Assembly (NCBI GenBank): GCA_032718475.1
Contig: JAUCBJ010001262.1
Location: 1-37,605, forward strand
Direction of reading: 5' to 3'
Origin: Nemertoderma westbladi
Lineage: Eukaryota; Animalia; Xenacoelomorpha
Length of the DNA stretch: 37,605 nt
The notes under the pieces are model-generated. The model was given only the letters and a program-made list of their open reading frames with translations. It searched no databases and was not told the origin of the DNA. Below, piece by piece: positions 22,394-32,910 of this stretch. How positions within the stretch are numbered: the first letter of the stretch is position 1; every line of letters begins with the position of its first letter. Position numbers and translations under genes: made by a program.

Positions 22394-22951
22394 TTTCTCC
22401 AGAGATGCGAAATACTTGCGGTTTGAACTCATTGAGTTCTTGGTAATTATTACTTTAACTGGATTGGCCAAAATTCACCAAAACGTTCTTTGTGGGTGTT
22501 GGAGACTTTTGTTAATTCTTGTTAGTAATAACTGATCTTGTCATATTCTTGTCAGATCTTGGCACGAATGTTTAAGGCGTGGCTTATTCGTTCATGTGAC
22601 ACAGAATACAAAACTACTAACATTATTTTACAGTATGTTATAATAATGATGCCAGATAGTGCCACATATTGACTGCTGGTGAAAATATTAGGCCCCTAGT
22701 TATCTTCACAGCAATAAAAATATAGTCTCGTTTATTGTGTTGTAGTAAAATTAGGCCCAAACAAACCCGGAAGGAAATACAATATGGCTAAATTTGGTAT
22801 CATTCAACGCAGAATTTTCCGTAGAATAATATTATAAGGTGCCTCACCTTGAGAATTTTGAGGAGACGAATGTTTTTGAAACCACTTTGTATACATGCAA
22901 GTCGCATAAGGCAAAATGAATATATTTAGATACTTTACAGTGTTATTTTGC

Positions 22952-23859
22952 CAGGGCTGTATTTAGTGGGGGGGGGGGGAGGCCCAAGGCCCCCCACCAC
23001 AGGGGGCCCCCCACCACGACCCCACAACAATAGTGATCGACCGAACTATAGAGGAACCGAACTGAAACAGAACATAGCAATTTTGAATTTTGCCACTTAT
23101 TTTTCCCAAAATAAATGAAAAATAAAAACAAAAAGTTCGTGTGAAAAACAGTAAATATTTTTATATCTTATGAAATTATATTTTCATAAGTAATAGGAAA
23201 AGTATAGGAAAAGTATATTTCATCCGTAGATACGACCAAAAGAGACAAGACAACGAACCACCTAAACATATCTAAGCAGGAATCCCTTGTTTCTAGTGTT
23301 TACTCTACTTGTGTTTTACTATATGTTTTCAGAATGTGTGCTAAATAAAGTAATTAATAAAATCGGAAATTTTCGGAAAATGTATAGGAAATTTACAGAA
23401 ATTTCCAAACATTTTCTGACTCACATCCCTACTAATATATTTGCATTCAGGTTTCTTTGAAAGTTATTTACAATAAATACTGTAGCTTGAAAAGTTAGAG
23501 TAATGAAAACGAGAGAAAAGGTGTCTTTCAGTATAGTATAGTCTTTGAGATTCCTCGGCGCCGTATGTGCAAATCCCATACAGTAGAGCCCAGACCCAGA
23601 CCCCCCACCACTGACCCGGCCCCAGGCCCCCCACTACTGACCCGGCCCCAGACCCCCCACCACTGACCCGGCCCCAGGCCACCCACCACTGACCCGGCCC
23701 CAGGCCACCCACCACTGACCCGGCCCCAGGCCCCCACCACTGACCCGGCCCCAGGCCCCCCACTACTGACCCGGCCCCAGGCCCCCACCACTGACCCGGC
23801 CCCAGGCCCCCCACCACTGACCGAGCCCCAGGCCACCCACTACTCTAAATCCGGCCCTG
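22952..23859. mobile_element. hAT-type non-autonomous element (MITE)
   Basis: TIRs cagggctgtatttag / ctaaatccggccctg (CAG...CTG ends). Perfect 8-bp TSD tattttgc at 22944-22951 and 23860-23867. Confidence 0.9.
23595..23843. repeat. 27-28-bp C-rich minisatellite, about 9 copies, at the hAT MITE end
   Basis: ccactgacccggccccaggcc(c)cca tandem units. Confidence 0.92.
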
Positions 23860-24904
23860 TATTTTGCACATGTATTTTTATTTCAACATTGTAGAGAGCA
23901 CGGTCTCTCAACGTTTAATATTTACATAAGTTAAATATATAACATGAAGAGCAGAAGAGTTAAATACGTTTTAATATTTTTTGTAATAATATGAAATATT
24001 GATATGTAATAGGCCTAATATTATTGTTATAATAGGTTTTAATGTTGTAATAAGTCACTATGCATACTGCAGTAGTGGTACAGTGGTACTGGTGTAGGTC
24101 AGATGGAGTTAAATTCAAGGTTCGATGACTGTCGAGGCGTTTATGGGAGGCTAACCTGAAGATGCCTAGTAAGCCGTTATGTAGTTCTTATGAGTGTTAT
24201 CAATGCCTCGGGATACCTGCTGCATGCAGGAACACTCACGAAAGTGTGGGGGTATATATATATTATCTAATATATATATCTTAACGGGATCTAGAATTAG
24301 TTACTGTAAGTATAAGGCCTCAGCACTTACAAACTGCTTCAAAGGGGTACGATAGTTATGTGTAAACCGCTCCGTTATATTGTGTTGTTGGCTAGTGGAT
24401 GTACGTATGACTTACAAATATCACAGGTAGGACGCTACTTGGCCTAGTGCGTGATAAGCGCACGATTTACTCGAATCACTTGCATCGCTGGTAAATAATA
24501 GTTACTAGTTGGGAATAATATAACAATACTATGGACTCACACATTCGCATTAAATGAACCGAATCTTATTACTGACAGGGCGCATTTACACTCACCGTAT
24601 GGAAATCGAGTCGATTTGATCTCTGGTCCAATATATTCATCAACAAGTATTGCAATAATAGTAAATTGCACATGATTAGTTATAAATTGCAAGTGACTAG
24701 GTAAAATATCGTAGGCCACTGTAACTAACGTGACTTACAAGGCTATAAAATCGATGTAAATTACCTGAGATGTTATCAAGTCCTATAGAGGCTGGCAACA
24801 GTTATATGAATACACAATGTTCGGTAAAAATAGAACAGCCAATAAGACGCAAGAATACCGGCTTCGGTAGATTTATTTCAGCTGCGTAGTGTAAGTATCA
24901 AATA

Positions 24905-25357
24905 TAACACGTTCGTGGGGCCTTCGCGCAGCACGATCTGCATTCGTACCAAGTTTGGTTTAATTTCTGCTGACATATTTTGGTTTTTATCAAAAGCCTG
25001 AAAATACCGGGTCCGACAGACAGACTGACTGATTTTTACCAAACTTCCGAATCCTTCTAAACCCTTGACAGACCATATGTTTACCAAGTTTAGTTAAATT
25101 TCACCAATGATTGACAGACTTATTTCGGTTTTTATCAAAAGTCTGAAACTACCGGTACCTACTAACGGACTGTCTGATTTTTTACCAATCTTTAGATTAT
25201 TTCTAAACTTTAGACGGACTAAATACGTACCAGTTTGGTTTAATTTCATCAAAGAATGACCGAGTTAGTAGTGATCAAAAATTAGACGACGACAGACAAC
25301 TCGTTAATATATGTCACGCTATTGTAAGGCTTCGCTCACTTCGTGGCTCGCCCCACA
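24905..25357 (-). mobile_element. Helentron/DINE-1-like non-autonomous element (short copy)
   Basis: Minus strand begins tgtggggcgagccacgaagt and ends gtgctgcgcgaaggccccac, the same termini as 32911-34541. Contains a short gtc microsatellite and two diverged ~147-bp core repeats. Confidence 0.7.
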
Positions 25358-25645
25358 TGAATGCTGATGCAGAAGGTTGGCGTGCAATTTTATAGCATTA
25401 CTTTACGGAAACTTGTTGAGCAATTTCTTCCCTACCAGACATCAAACTATCAACTCTTCAATACTCTCCAGACCTGTATCCACGAAAAGTCGGCGAAGAG
25501 GTACAGTATGTACTGTAAGTTGAAAAGGGGGTGTTGTGATAGGTTGGTCGGTGTTGCAGTGGCAGTGTCCAGCGAATCTAAACTGGTGTTGTTTGAATGG
25601 TGGTGATCGGTTTTAAAAGTAATGATGAATTTTGTCTTGTTTTTA

Positions 25646-25777
25646 CCGAAGCCCATATTGGCCATGTCGCGCGCAAACTTCCATGTCACGCGCGCAATCT
25701 TCATGACATTTCCATGTAGAAACATTTGCGCGCGCGACATGGAAGTTTGCAAGCGGCATGGCCGATATGGGCCTCCG
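25646..25777. mobile_element. 132-bp palindromic MITE flanked by TA (Tc1/mariner/pogo-type footprint)
   Basis: gcccatattggccatg...gcaaacttccatgtc pairs with gacatggaagtttgc...catggccgatatgggc. TA at 25644-25645 and 25778-25779. Confidence 0.75.
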
Positions 25778-26711
25778 TACGTTTTTTACGAGGTTAATTG
25801 GGATAATTGAGGTTAATTAAAAGCAGTTTTATAGGCTTCTTTCATATAATGTGGATGTGATATTCTCCACAAGTTTGGAAAGTTCAATAACTCTTGAGCT
25901 AATTTAATTTTACAATATTTTGTCCAACCTACCTTTCTCGGTAGATATCTTTACATCAAAGATCTACAGTGTTACTTACAGTAGCTCTATAGGCGTCACC
26001 TTGATAGGCGTACACAATGTTTACATAGGACTATGAAAGTTTGTGTCTAAAATTCGAGAGTAAATTGAATTTCTGGAATATTAATGTCATACCACCACTA
26101 ATTTAATCGTAATATTTTCAAAATTAGACACAGCTTTTTTTAGCTGTTTTACAAGCTTTTTTATAACCTTATTTTTGAGCTTTATTCTACATTTTAGGTT
26201 TTAACATTCCAAAATTCTCAGATTCATCTTGAAGATAAAAATTGTTTTAACTAAAACAACCTTGAATTAAAGCTCAAAAAAGCAGCGCGGAAACGCGCTT
26301 TAAGCTTCTTTATAGAGTCAAAATTTGCGAAATATATTATAATTTATTGTTAATAATGAATCTATTTAATTTAATATCCCTCCCGCACAAAACACACTTT
26401 CACAGAGTATTGTAATACGGGATTTAGCAAGTTAACAGGCAGTTAAAATGCAGTGAAAAATTTAATATATAGAAAAGTACTGAGTGAAGTTCCGGGTTTT
26501 TAAAGCTAATTTGCCCAGACTATTAATGTTTAAATTAACAGTATAACATATTAATTATTATAAATACTGTGTTCTAGAAGACCTTGGTGGTATATCATCT
26601 CAAAATTAGCTTGATAATTATAATATTTCACATTATATCCATAGGCCGTACACCATTTGATTGCCAGAGGAATTATGGTCTGTGATGAGTACTGTAGATT
26701 AAAGGGTAACG

Positions 26712-27864
26712 GTTCCGTATAGCACTACATTTTTATAACATAAATCATTGTTACCATGGCAACATTGTGGAGTTCTAGAACAAAATATAATATTATACAC
26801 TATTCTAGAACATAATAATATAGAACATAAAAAATTAAATGTTTTAGAACATATAGCTAGTTATTTTTCAAATTGGATGGTATGCTTGAGCATGTGGACG
26901 ACTTATGTTACCTGGGATCATGGATCCGGAAGTCAGGTGAGGACCTTCGAATACGTAAGGGAAAGGCATGGGCAGCCTTGAATAGGCTTTCCAGGATTTG
27001 GAAGTCACCGAGAATTAATCGGAAACTTAAGGTCCGATTATTTAGAGCAGCAGTAGTTCCAGTACTCCTCTACGGGAGTCCATGCTGGGCTCTAACTGCT
27101 GTTGACACCAAATCTCTGGATGGCACATTCACAAGAATGCTACGCCGGGTTCATTGTGTCAAGTACAATGCACACATCTCCAACCAGACACTATATAACA
27201 TTGGAGGTGTCTCATTGGTTCCCCCAAGCTTGACACTAGAACAGAATCGCCTCCGCTTTGCAGGACATTGCTTTCGCCGTGAGGACCAGCCAGTGCATAA
27301 TCTTGTACTTTGGCAGCCTCATGGAGTGAATAAGCATGGTGGACAGCCCATGACTTTCTTGAGACGCATCTTAAAGAACACTGGCCTTAAAGATGCGGAT
27401 GATCTAGCAAATGTCATGGGTGATAGGGAGTTGTGGCGGTGCAATTTTGTTGACAAGCCGGCACAGCATTCTTAAAAATGCAGCTGCAATGCAGCATGCC
27501 GATCCTAGTAGTTTCAAATGTAAAATAGCTAGTAATTAAAAAAAATCATGCATAGTTTTTGAATTATAACAAATTAGTGTTTAAAAAATCTCAAGTAAAA
27601 ACTCCAAAAAAACAAAACACAAAAACACAAAAACAAAAAATATTCATTTAAAAATGTATTCAGAAATTTATTTAAAAATAATTTTTCTTTAATTTACTAG
27701 CTATCTTAAAACTAATACAAAATAGCTATATGTTCTAGAACATTATATTTTTTATTTTATTCATGTTCTACAATAGTATATTATACTTTTATATTGTTCT
27801 ACAACTCTTCAACATTGCATAGTAACAATGATATATGTTTTAAAAATGTAGTGTTATACGGAAC
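26712..27864. mobile_element. AT-rich MITE with ~150-bp imperfect TIRs, interrupted by a LINE
   Basis: gttccgtatagcactacattttta...tagaacatatagcta (26712-26859) pairs with tagctatatgttcta...taaaaatgtagtgttatacggaac (27723-27864). Confidence 0.8.
26874..27511 (+). mobile_element. 5'-truncated non-LTR retrotransposon (RTE/RTEX-like), C-terminal RT region
   Basis: Open frame 26873-27475 with VDDLCYLGS, AWAALNRLSRIWKS, KVRLFRAAVVPVLLYG..W and RLRFAGHCFR. Short tagtag tail. 8-bp TSD tttcaaat at 26866-26873 and 27512-27519. Confidence 0.88.
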
Positions 27865-27985
27865 TCAAAGAGTGCGCTCAAAGAGTAGCCAAAGAATGCG
27901 CTTACAGTATTACCTAAAGAGAACTACAGAAAGATGAAAGTAACATTAATAAAAAGATTGACAGTTGCACTGTGGATTGTGTTGT

Positions 27986-29432
27986 AGGCCTGATACTCTA
28001 TTATTACTCTACAAATACTACGGTATATATTGTAAACAAATATATAGATTTGTGCCTATATGTCAGAATGAAAAACCATGATACTGGTGAAAAGTGTACT
28101 AGTAATCACAAACCACAGGAATGGTGCATTTGCGATCTCGTTCTGATCGCTGTTAGTCGACTCTTCATCTTGGTCACCTTCCCACTCAGTATATTCATGT
28201 GCCTCAAGGTCGTCCAGGAATATGAAAGAGCAGTTATATTTCGACTGGGTCGAATTTTACCTGGAGGAGCAAAAGGACCCGGTCTGTTCTTTATTATACC
28301 GTGCACTGACAACTACCAAAAAGTCGATATACGAACCGTATCGTTTGACGTGCCTCCGCAAGAGATCCTCACTAAGGATTCTGTCACCGTCTCCGTCGAT
28401 GCTGTCGTCTATTACAAGGTCTACAGTCCGATTGCTTCTATAACAAATGTTGAGCGTTTTGACCGTTCGACACGCCTTCTAGCTGCAACAACACTCCGAA
28501 ATGTTCTTGGTACCAAAAATCTGTTTGAGGTTTTATCAGATCGTGAGAACATCAGTCATACCATGCAGAACATGCTTGATATAGCAACGGATCCTTGGGG
28601 GGTAAAGGTGGAGAGAGTTGAGGTTAAGGATGTTCGTTTACCAGTTCAAATGCAGAGGGCTATGGCAGCTGAGGCCGAAGCAGCCCGTGAAGCTAAAGCT
28701 AAAGTCATTGCAGCTGAAGGAGAGTGGAATGCTTCGAAGGCCCTGAAAGAAGCTGCTGACGTAATTTCTGAGTCTCCTGTGTCGCTGCAACTACGGTACA
28801 TGCAGACGCTGACGGCCATATCAGCTGAGAAGAATTCAACCATAATATTTCCTCTACCAATTGATCTCATCAAGGGTTTGACAAAGCACGTTTAACTCTT
28901 GTGTGACTATTCTTCATTAATTATTTACCATATTTGCGTCACCACAATGTTGTCTTGGCACGGTGTTCACAAATACTATACACGAATATTGCACGCCTGT
29001 ATTACATGGAATTAGTCAAAAGTTCCATATTCTATAATAACTGGGCCTACTGTACATACTGGTAACTCAAAGACTGGAATTACGCAATCACATACGTTAG
29101 GGCTGACGCTCCTGGGTTACTTGTTAAAATTTGAGAGCTTAGGAAAACAATTTTAGATCTGTGCATTTACTGTTACATCTCATTGTCGTGAAAATGGTTC
29201 CAAATTTAATTACACACTATTTTTTGGTGTGTAATTAATATTAATCACTTGGAATAAATTTGGTACAGAGTAGATATTAACAGGGGTGGGGAAATTAAAT
29301 TTCAAATAAGGGAGGGTGGGGGTGGGTAGGTGGAAAAAAAATGGAAACAAGGTCTCAAAAGGTGGGGAAAGTTGATATAAATTACAATTTAAATAAGTTT
29401 ATTATTTCGCCTATAAACACATGAAAATATCT
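27986..29432 (+). repeat. Duplicated ~1.45-kb segment (stomatin unit B)
   Basis: Direct repeat of 20231-21677. Confidence 0.9.
28068..28895 (+). CDS. Stomatin / band-7 (SPFH, MEC-2-like) protein, copy 2
   Basis: 275 aa from the ATG at 28068. Identical to copy 1 except 7 residues in the first 20 and one H/R change (VEHFD/VERFD). Confidence 0.95.
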   Translation: MKNHDTGEKCTSNHKPQEWCICDLVLIAVSRLFILVTFPLSIFMCLKVVQEYERAVIFRLGRILPGGAKGPGLFFIIPCTDNYQKVDIRTVSFDVPPQEILTKDSVTVSVDAVVYYKVYSPIASITNVERFDRSTRLLAATTLRNVLGTKNLFEVLSDRENISHTMQNMLDIATDPWGVKVERVEVKDVRLPVQMQRAMAAEAEAAREAKAKVIAAEGEWNASKALKEAADVISESPVSLQLRYMQTLTAISAEKNSTIIFPLPIDLIKGLTKHV

Positions 29433-30068
29433 ATGTAACCTACACATACACTGGACGTAAATTCAAGGTCTATATACTACAGTATGAAAGCTATAAAAAA
29501 TAGTTTTCCAGAATGCATTCATTTATGTAGATTATAAAACGGAACCTCTTAAATTGTGAAAAATTCCTTAACTGAGAGTAACGGTAATAAAGTAAAATGA
29601 ATGTAACGGAGCTTCTAGACGCTGGCTTCCGTTAGTTAAAGCCGCCGTTAATTTAACGGAGCTTTCGTGTCGCTTATAATTTTATTTAAGAGTACACCAT
29701 TTTGGTCCAAAATATGTCTAAATTATTTTTATGATCTATTATAATGCACTATTAAATGGTGTTTCCAAATCTGAAAACCGCTATTTAATAGCTCTTTTAG
29801 TTTTCAAGTTATGTAAATTTCCATTTACGGAATCCTATTGAAATTACTATTACTATGTATAATGAAAGGTCGATTATTTCCAAATATTTGTTTAATGACA
29901 TTGTCAACTTCAAAACACTACCATTTCCAAAATTTTTGAGCAATAAGTCTGAAAATTTCTGTGGGTGTCTACACCCTGCATAAAAGTATCAGACAACTTT
30001 ACGAAATTTTTTGTTAATAAAATTGAGTACTATTTATAACAAACCTAAAAAATTAGCATAAATTTGCA

Positions 30069-30082
30069 GCGCCACCTAGAGG
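30069..30082 (-). promoter_or_regulatory. CTCF-like motif
   Basis: Minus strand reads CCTCTAGGTGGCGC, against consensus CCASYAGRKGGCRS. Confidence 0.45.
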
Positions 30083-30680
30083 TGCAGAGTTGAGTTATTT
30101 TCACAAAATTTCGCTTGATAGTTATGTTGCCCCATCTTTGATCTATCATATAAAAACTTGCATCTGATTAGATTCAAAACTCTAAAAGACTTCGGGTTTT
30201 AAGCGCAACCAAGTTTTTTTATTGTTAACTATTATTAAAAAGCGGAAAAAATTTTCTGACCAGTCATGTAGAATAGCATATTAGGTACCTATATTCCAAA
30301 TTATAGCCAAAACCAAACAATTTCGAAACGCTGAGAGTGATTAATCGAATCTTGCAAGCTTGAAGGCTTGCATTTGCAGCGCTGCAGGTTGCAGCATTTT
30401 ATACATTAGAGTAGAGTACTGGTATACCAGTGTACTGACAGATATTTGGATGTTGTATTTGTTAGTGCTGTGGCAAGGCCTCGGCCTACTGATGTACTGC
30501 TCTGCTTCGTCAACTGCAGTACAACAGTAGAGCACACTGCGCCTTGGTTTTTATTATCAACACCTAGTTGACAATCGTCGATGTTCTTGTATTTCACTTG
30601 TTGATTTAAATTTCCTTGGGAGTTATTTTGGAAGAAAATATAAAAATTAATTAATTGAATTTGTGCCATTTTGTTATGAG

Positions 30681-31304
30681 ATGACAGGGGATGAGTGTAG
30701 GCCTAGTAATTCTGAGCTATCCGACTCGACAAGGGTTCTTCCATCTTTGATGTTTATTCTAAGCGGGAAACGTAAAACAGGCAAAGACTTCGCGACCGAT
30801 CTACTGTGCCGGAAGTTGGGTCCCAACTGTGCGATAGCCCGGTTGTCTGGGCCACTGAAACTGGAATACTCGCGTATAAACAGTTTGGATTACACCAAGT
30901 TATTAGATTCGAGTTCCTATAAGGAAGAGTTTAGAAAGAAAATGATCGAATGGGGAGAATCTAAACGGTTGTTGGATCCGGGCTATTTCTGCAGGTTGGC
31001 TACACAGGATTTAGCCCGTACCGGTAGCACGGGTATTTGTATTATCAGCGATGCGAGGAGGAAGACTGACCTGGAATACTTTATGGGACTTTATGGCGAT
31101 AGAGTAATAACTATTAGGGTTAACGCAGAGTTGAGTACACGCGAGACCAGGGGGTATAAGTTCACGGAAGGGGTAGATAACGCGGCTTCAGAATGCGACC
31201 TAGACGACTACTATAAATGGACTCATGTGTTGGACAATAACGGGACTCTAGAGGAATTTAGTGCTGAATTAGACAAAATATTAGAAATATACACCTCATC
31301 TTAA
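30681..31304 (+). CDS. PMVK: Phosphomevalonate kinase, animal type (NMP-kinase fold), single-ORF coding region
   Basis: 207 aa from the ATG. P-loop SGKRKTGKD, plus LSGPLK, LLDSSSYKE, MIEWGE, DPGYFCR, ISDARR and RGYKFTEGVDNAASECDLD, all matching animal PMVK motifs. Confidence 0.95.
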   Translation: MTGDECRPSNSELSDSTRVLPSLMFILSGKRKTGKDFATDLLCRKLGPNCAIARLSGPLKLEYSRINSLDYTKLLDSSSYKEEFRKKMIEWGESKRLLDPGYFCRLATQDLARTGSTGICIISDARRKTDLEYFMGLYGDRVITIRVNAELSTRETRGYKFTEGVDNAASECDLDDYYKWTHVLDNNGTLEEFSAELDKILEIYTSS

Positions 31305-31506
31305 CAGTAATATGTCAGTTTGTCGTCAGTTCATATAAAGTAATATCTATATTAAATATTTAACATAATACTGAAATATCGAATATAAATCTGAAATACT
31401 CGATTTGTAATTCGCCAAACTAATTAAATGCCACCCCAAATTAGATGATTCTTAACGCTCTTTGGGACCTAAAGAAGTCTGTAACTGAGAGTCTGTAACT
31501 AAGAGT

Positions 31507-31800
31507 CTGTTTATTTTGGTAGAATATTTTATTATTTTGGGGAAATATGTATTTATTTTGGGGGATTGTGTATTTATTTTGGGAAAATTTGTTATTATTT
31601 TGTGATAATTTGTATTTATTTTGGGAAAATTTGTATTTATTTTGGAAAAATTTGTATTTATTTTGGGGGTTTTGTCATTTATTTTGGGAAAATTTGTATT
31701 AATTTGGGGGTTTTGTCATTTATTTTGCTGAGTATAATTGGTTTTGGGGAGCATTTATTTATTTTGGTGTTGAATAATCTTATTTGGGGTCACATTATTT
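31507..31800. repeat. Degenerate ~21-bp AT-rich tandem repeat
   Basis: Recurrent tttgtatttattttggg(aaaa) units. Confidence 0.8.
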
Positions 31801-32140
31801 AAATTGGTGTAATATAATTTTTGACATTTTCATTGTATCCTTTGTAATATCTATTATCGCATTTCTAATTAAGTTCCTAGTCCGGGACTGCGATGAAGCT
31901 GGGATTACCAAACAAATGTTAATAACTTTGCTCAATATAAAGCCAACACATCAACTTAACGTTTCCATTAAATAAATATTTGGAAATATTAGTTGTTACA
32001 TATTAATTCCTCAATTTAATGATATTATTGTTGGTCACCACTCACCATTGTTGCACGGTGGTTGTTATGGGAACTGTCTAATCGTGTCCTGGGGTTTACC
32101 ATTGTCGCATATTTAATACAACAAATTAATTGATATACAG

Positions 32141-32201
32141 AGAATATCACCTGTTCTAGGAGTGATATATCGTATATCACTCCTAGAACAGGTGATATTC
32201 T
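32141..32201. repeat. Perfect 29-bp inverted repeat with a 3-nt loop
   Basis: agaatatcacctgttctaggagtgatata-tcg-tatatcactcctagaacaggtgatattct. Confidence 0.95.
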
Positions 32202-32910
32202 GTTTATCACATGTGTTCGAACTTATTGAACACGAAGAGGGCCATCCTGCATAATAAAGGTACAGCGAACCCCACTCCACAATTTAGTATTTTCCTCTCC
32301 AATTTTTTTTTATAGCTAGTACTTGTTGCTTTTTGTGTAGAAATCGTTCTAGAATATATGCTAGCTATTTATTTTGAAAAAGTAAACCCTCAGTTACAAA
32401 TATTTTTTATCCCAGAACATATTTTGGAAAAATATCTTGATTATATTTTAAACACAGGGGAACGATTAATTATACACCACCTAAGGCGGCGTTCACACTA
32501 AAAGAGTCAAAAAAAAAAAAAATGTATATGTAAATGTTTTTTTAATATCGCACATTGTGTAGGGCCTACACAAAATATTAAAAATAGCAAAATCTAGCTA
32601 GTATACTGTATCATTTTTGTAATTAAAAAAAGCATTAATTAGTAATACAAGTTTCAAATAATTTTTGAATATAGCTAACTGTACATCACACGGTGTGATA
32701 TACAATATATCAACCGCTAAAAATAAGTGAGAACATGTGATAAACCATAATAATATTCCTGATCTCTGGTAAACAAATTATAGATACTTACGTTTATTTT
32801 GGGGTATTTTTCTCTACAGATAATAAAACATATTTATAATCTGAAATTAACCTAAGGCTACCAAAAATAATTCACCATATTATAATTACGTAAGAGAGTT
32901 TGGTAGTTGT

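Noticed and set aside
22111-23836. ORFs with NYWPTLP, LAQLLAN or GPGAGSVVG repeats
   Set aside because: Translations of the 31-bp and 28-bp minisatellites.
29569-31492. 11-bp direct repeat taactgagagt around PMVK as a retrogene TSD
   Set aside because: The left copy is 1.1 kb upstream of the ATG, there is no poly(A) before the right copy, and the right copy belongs to a local 15-bp tandem duplication.
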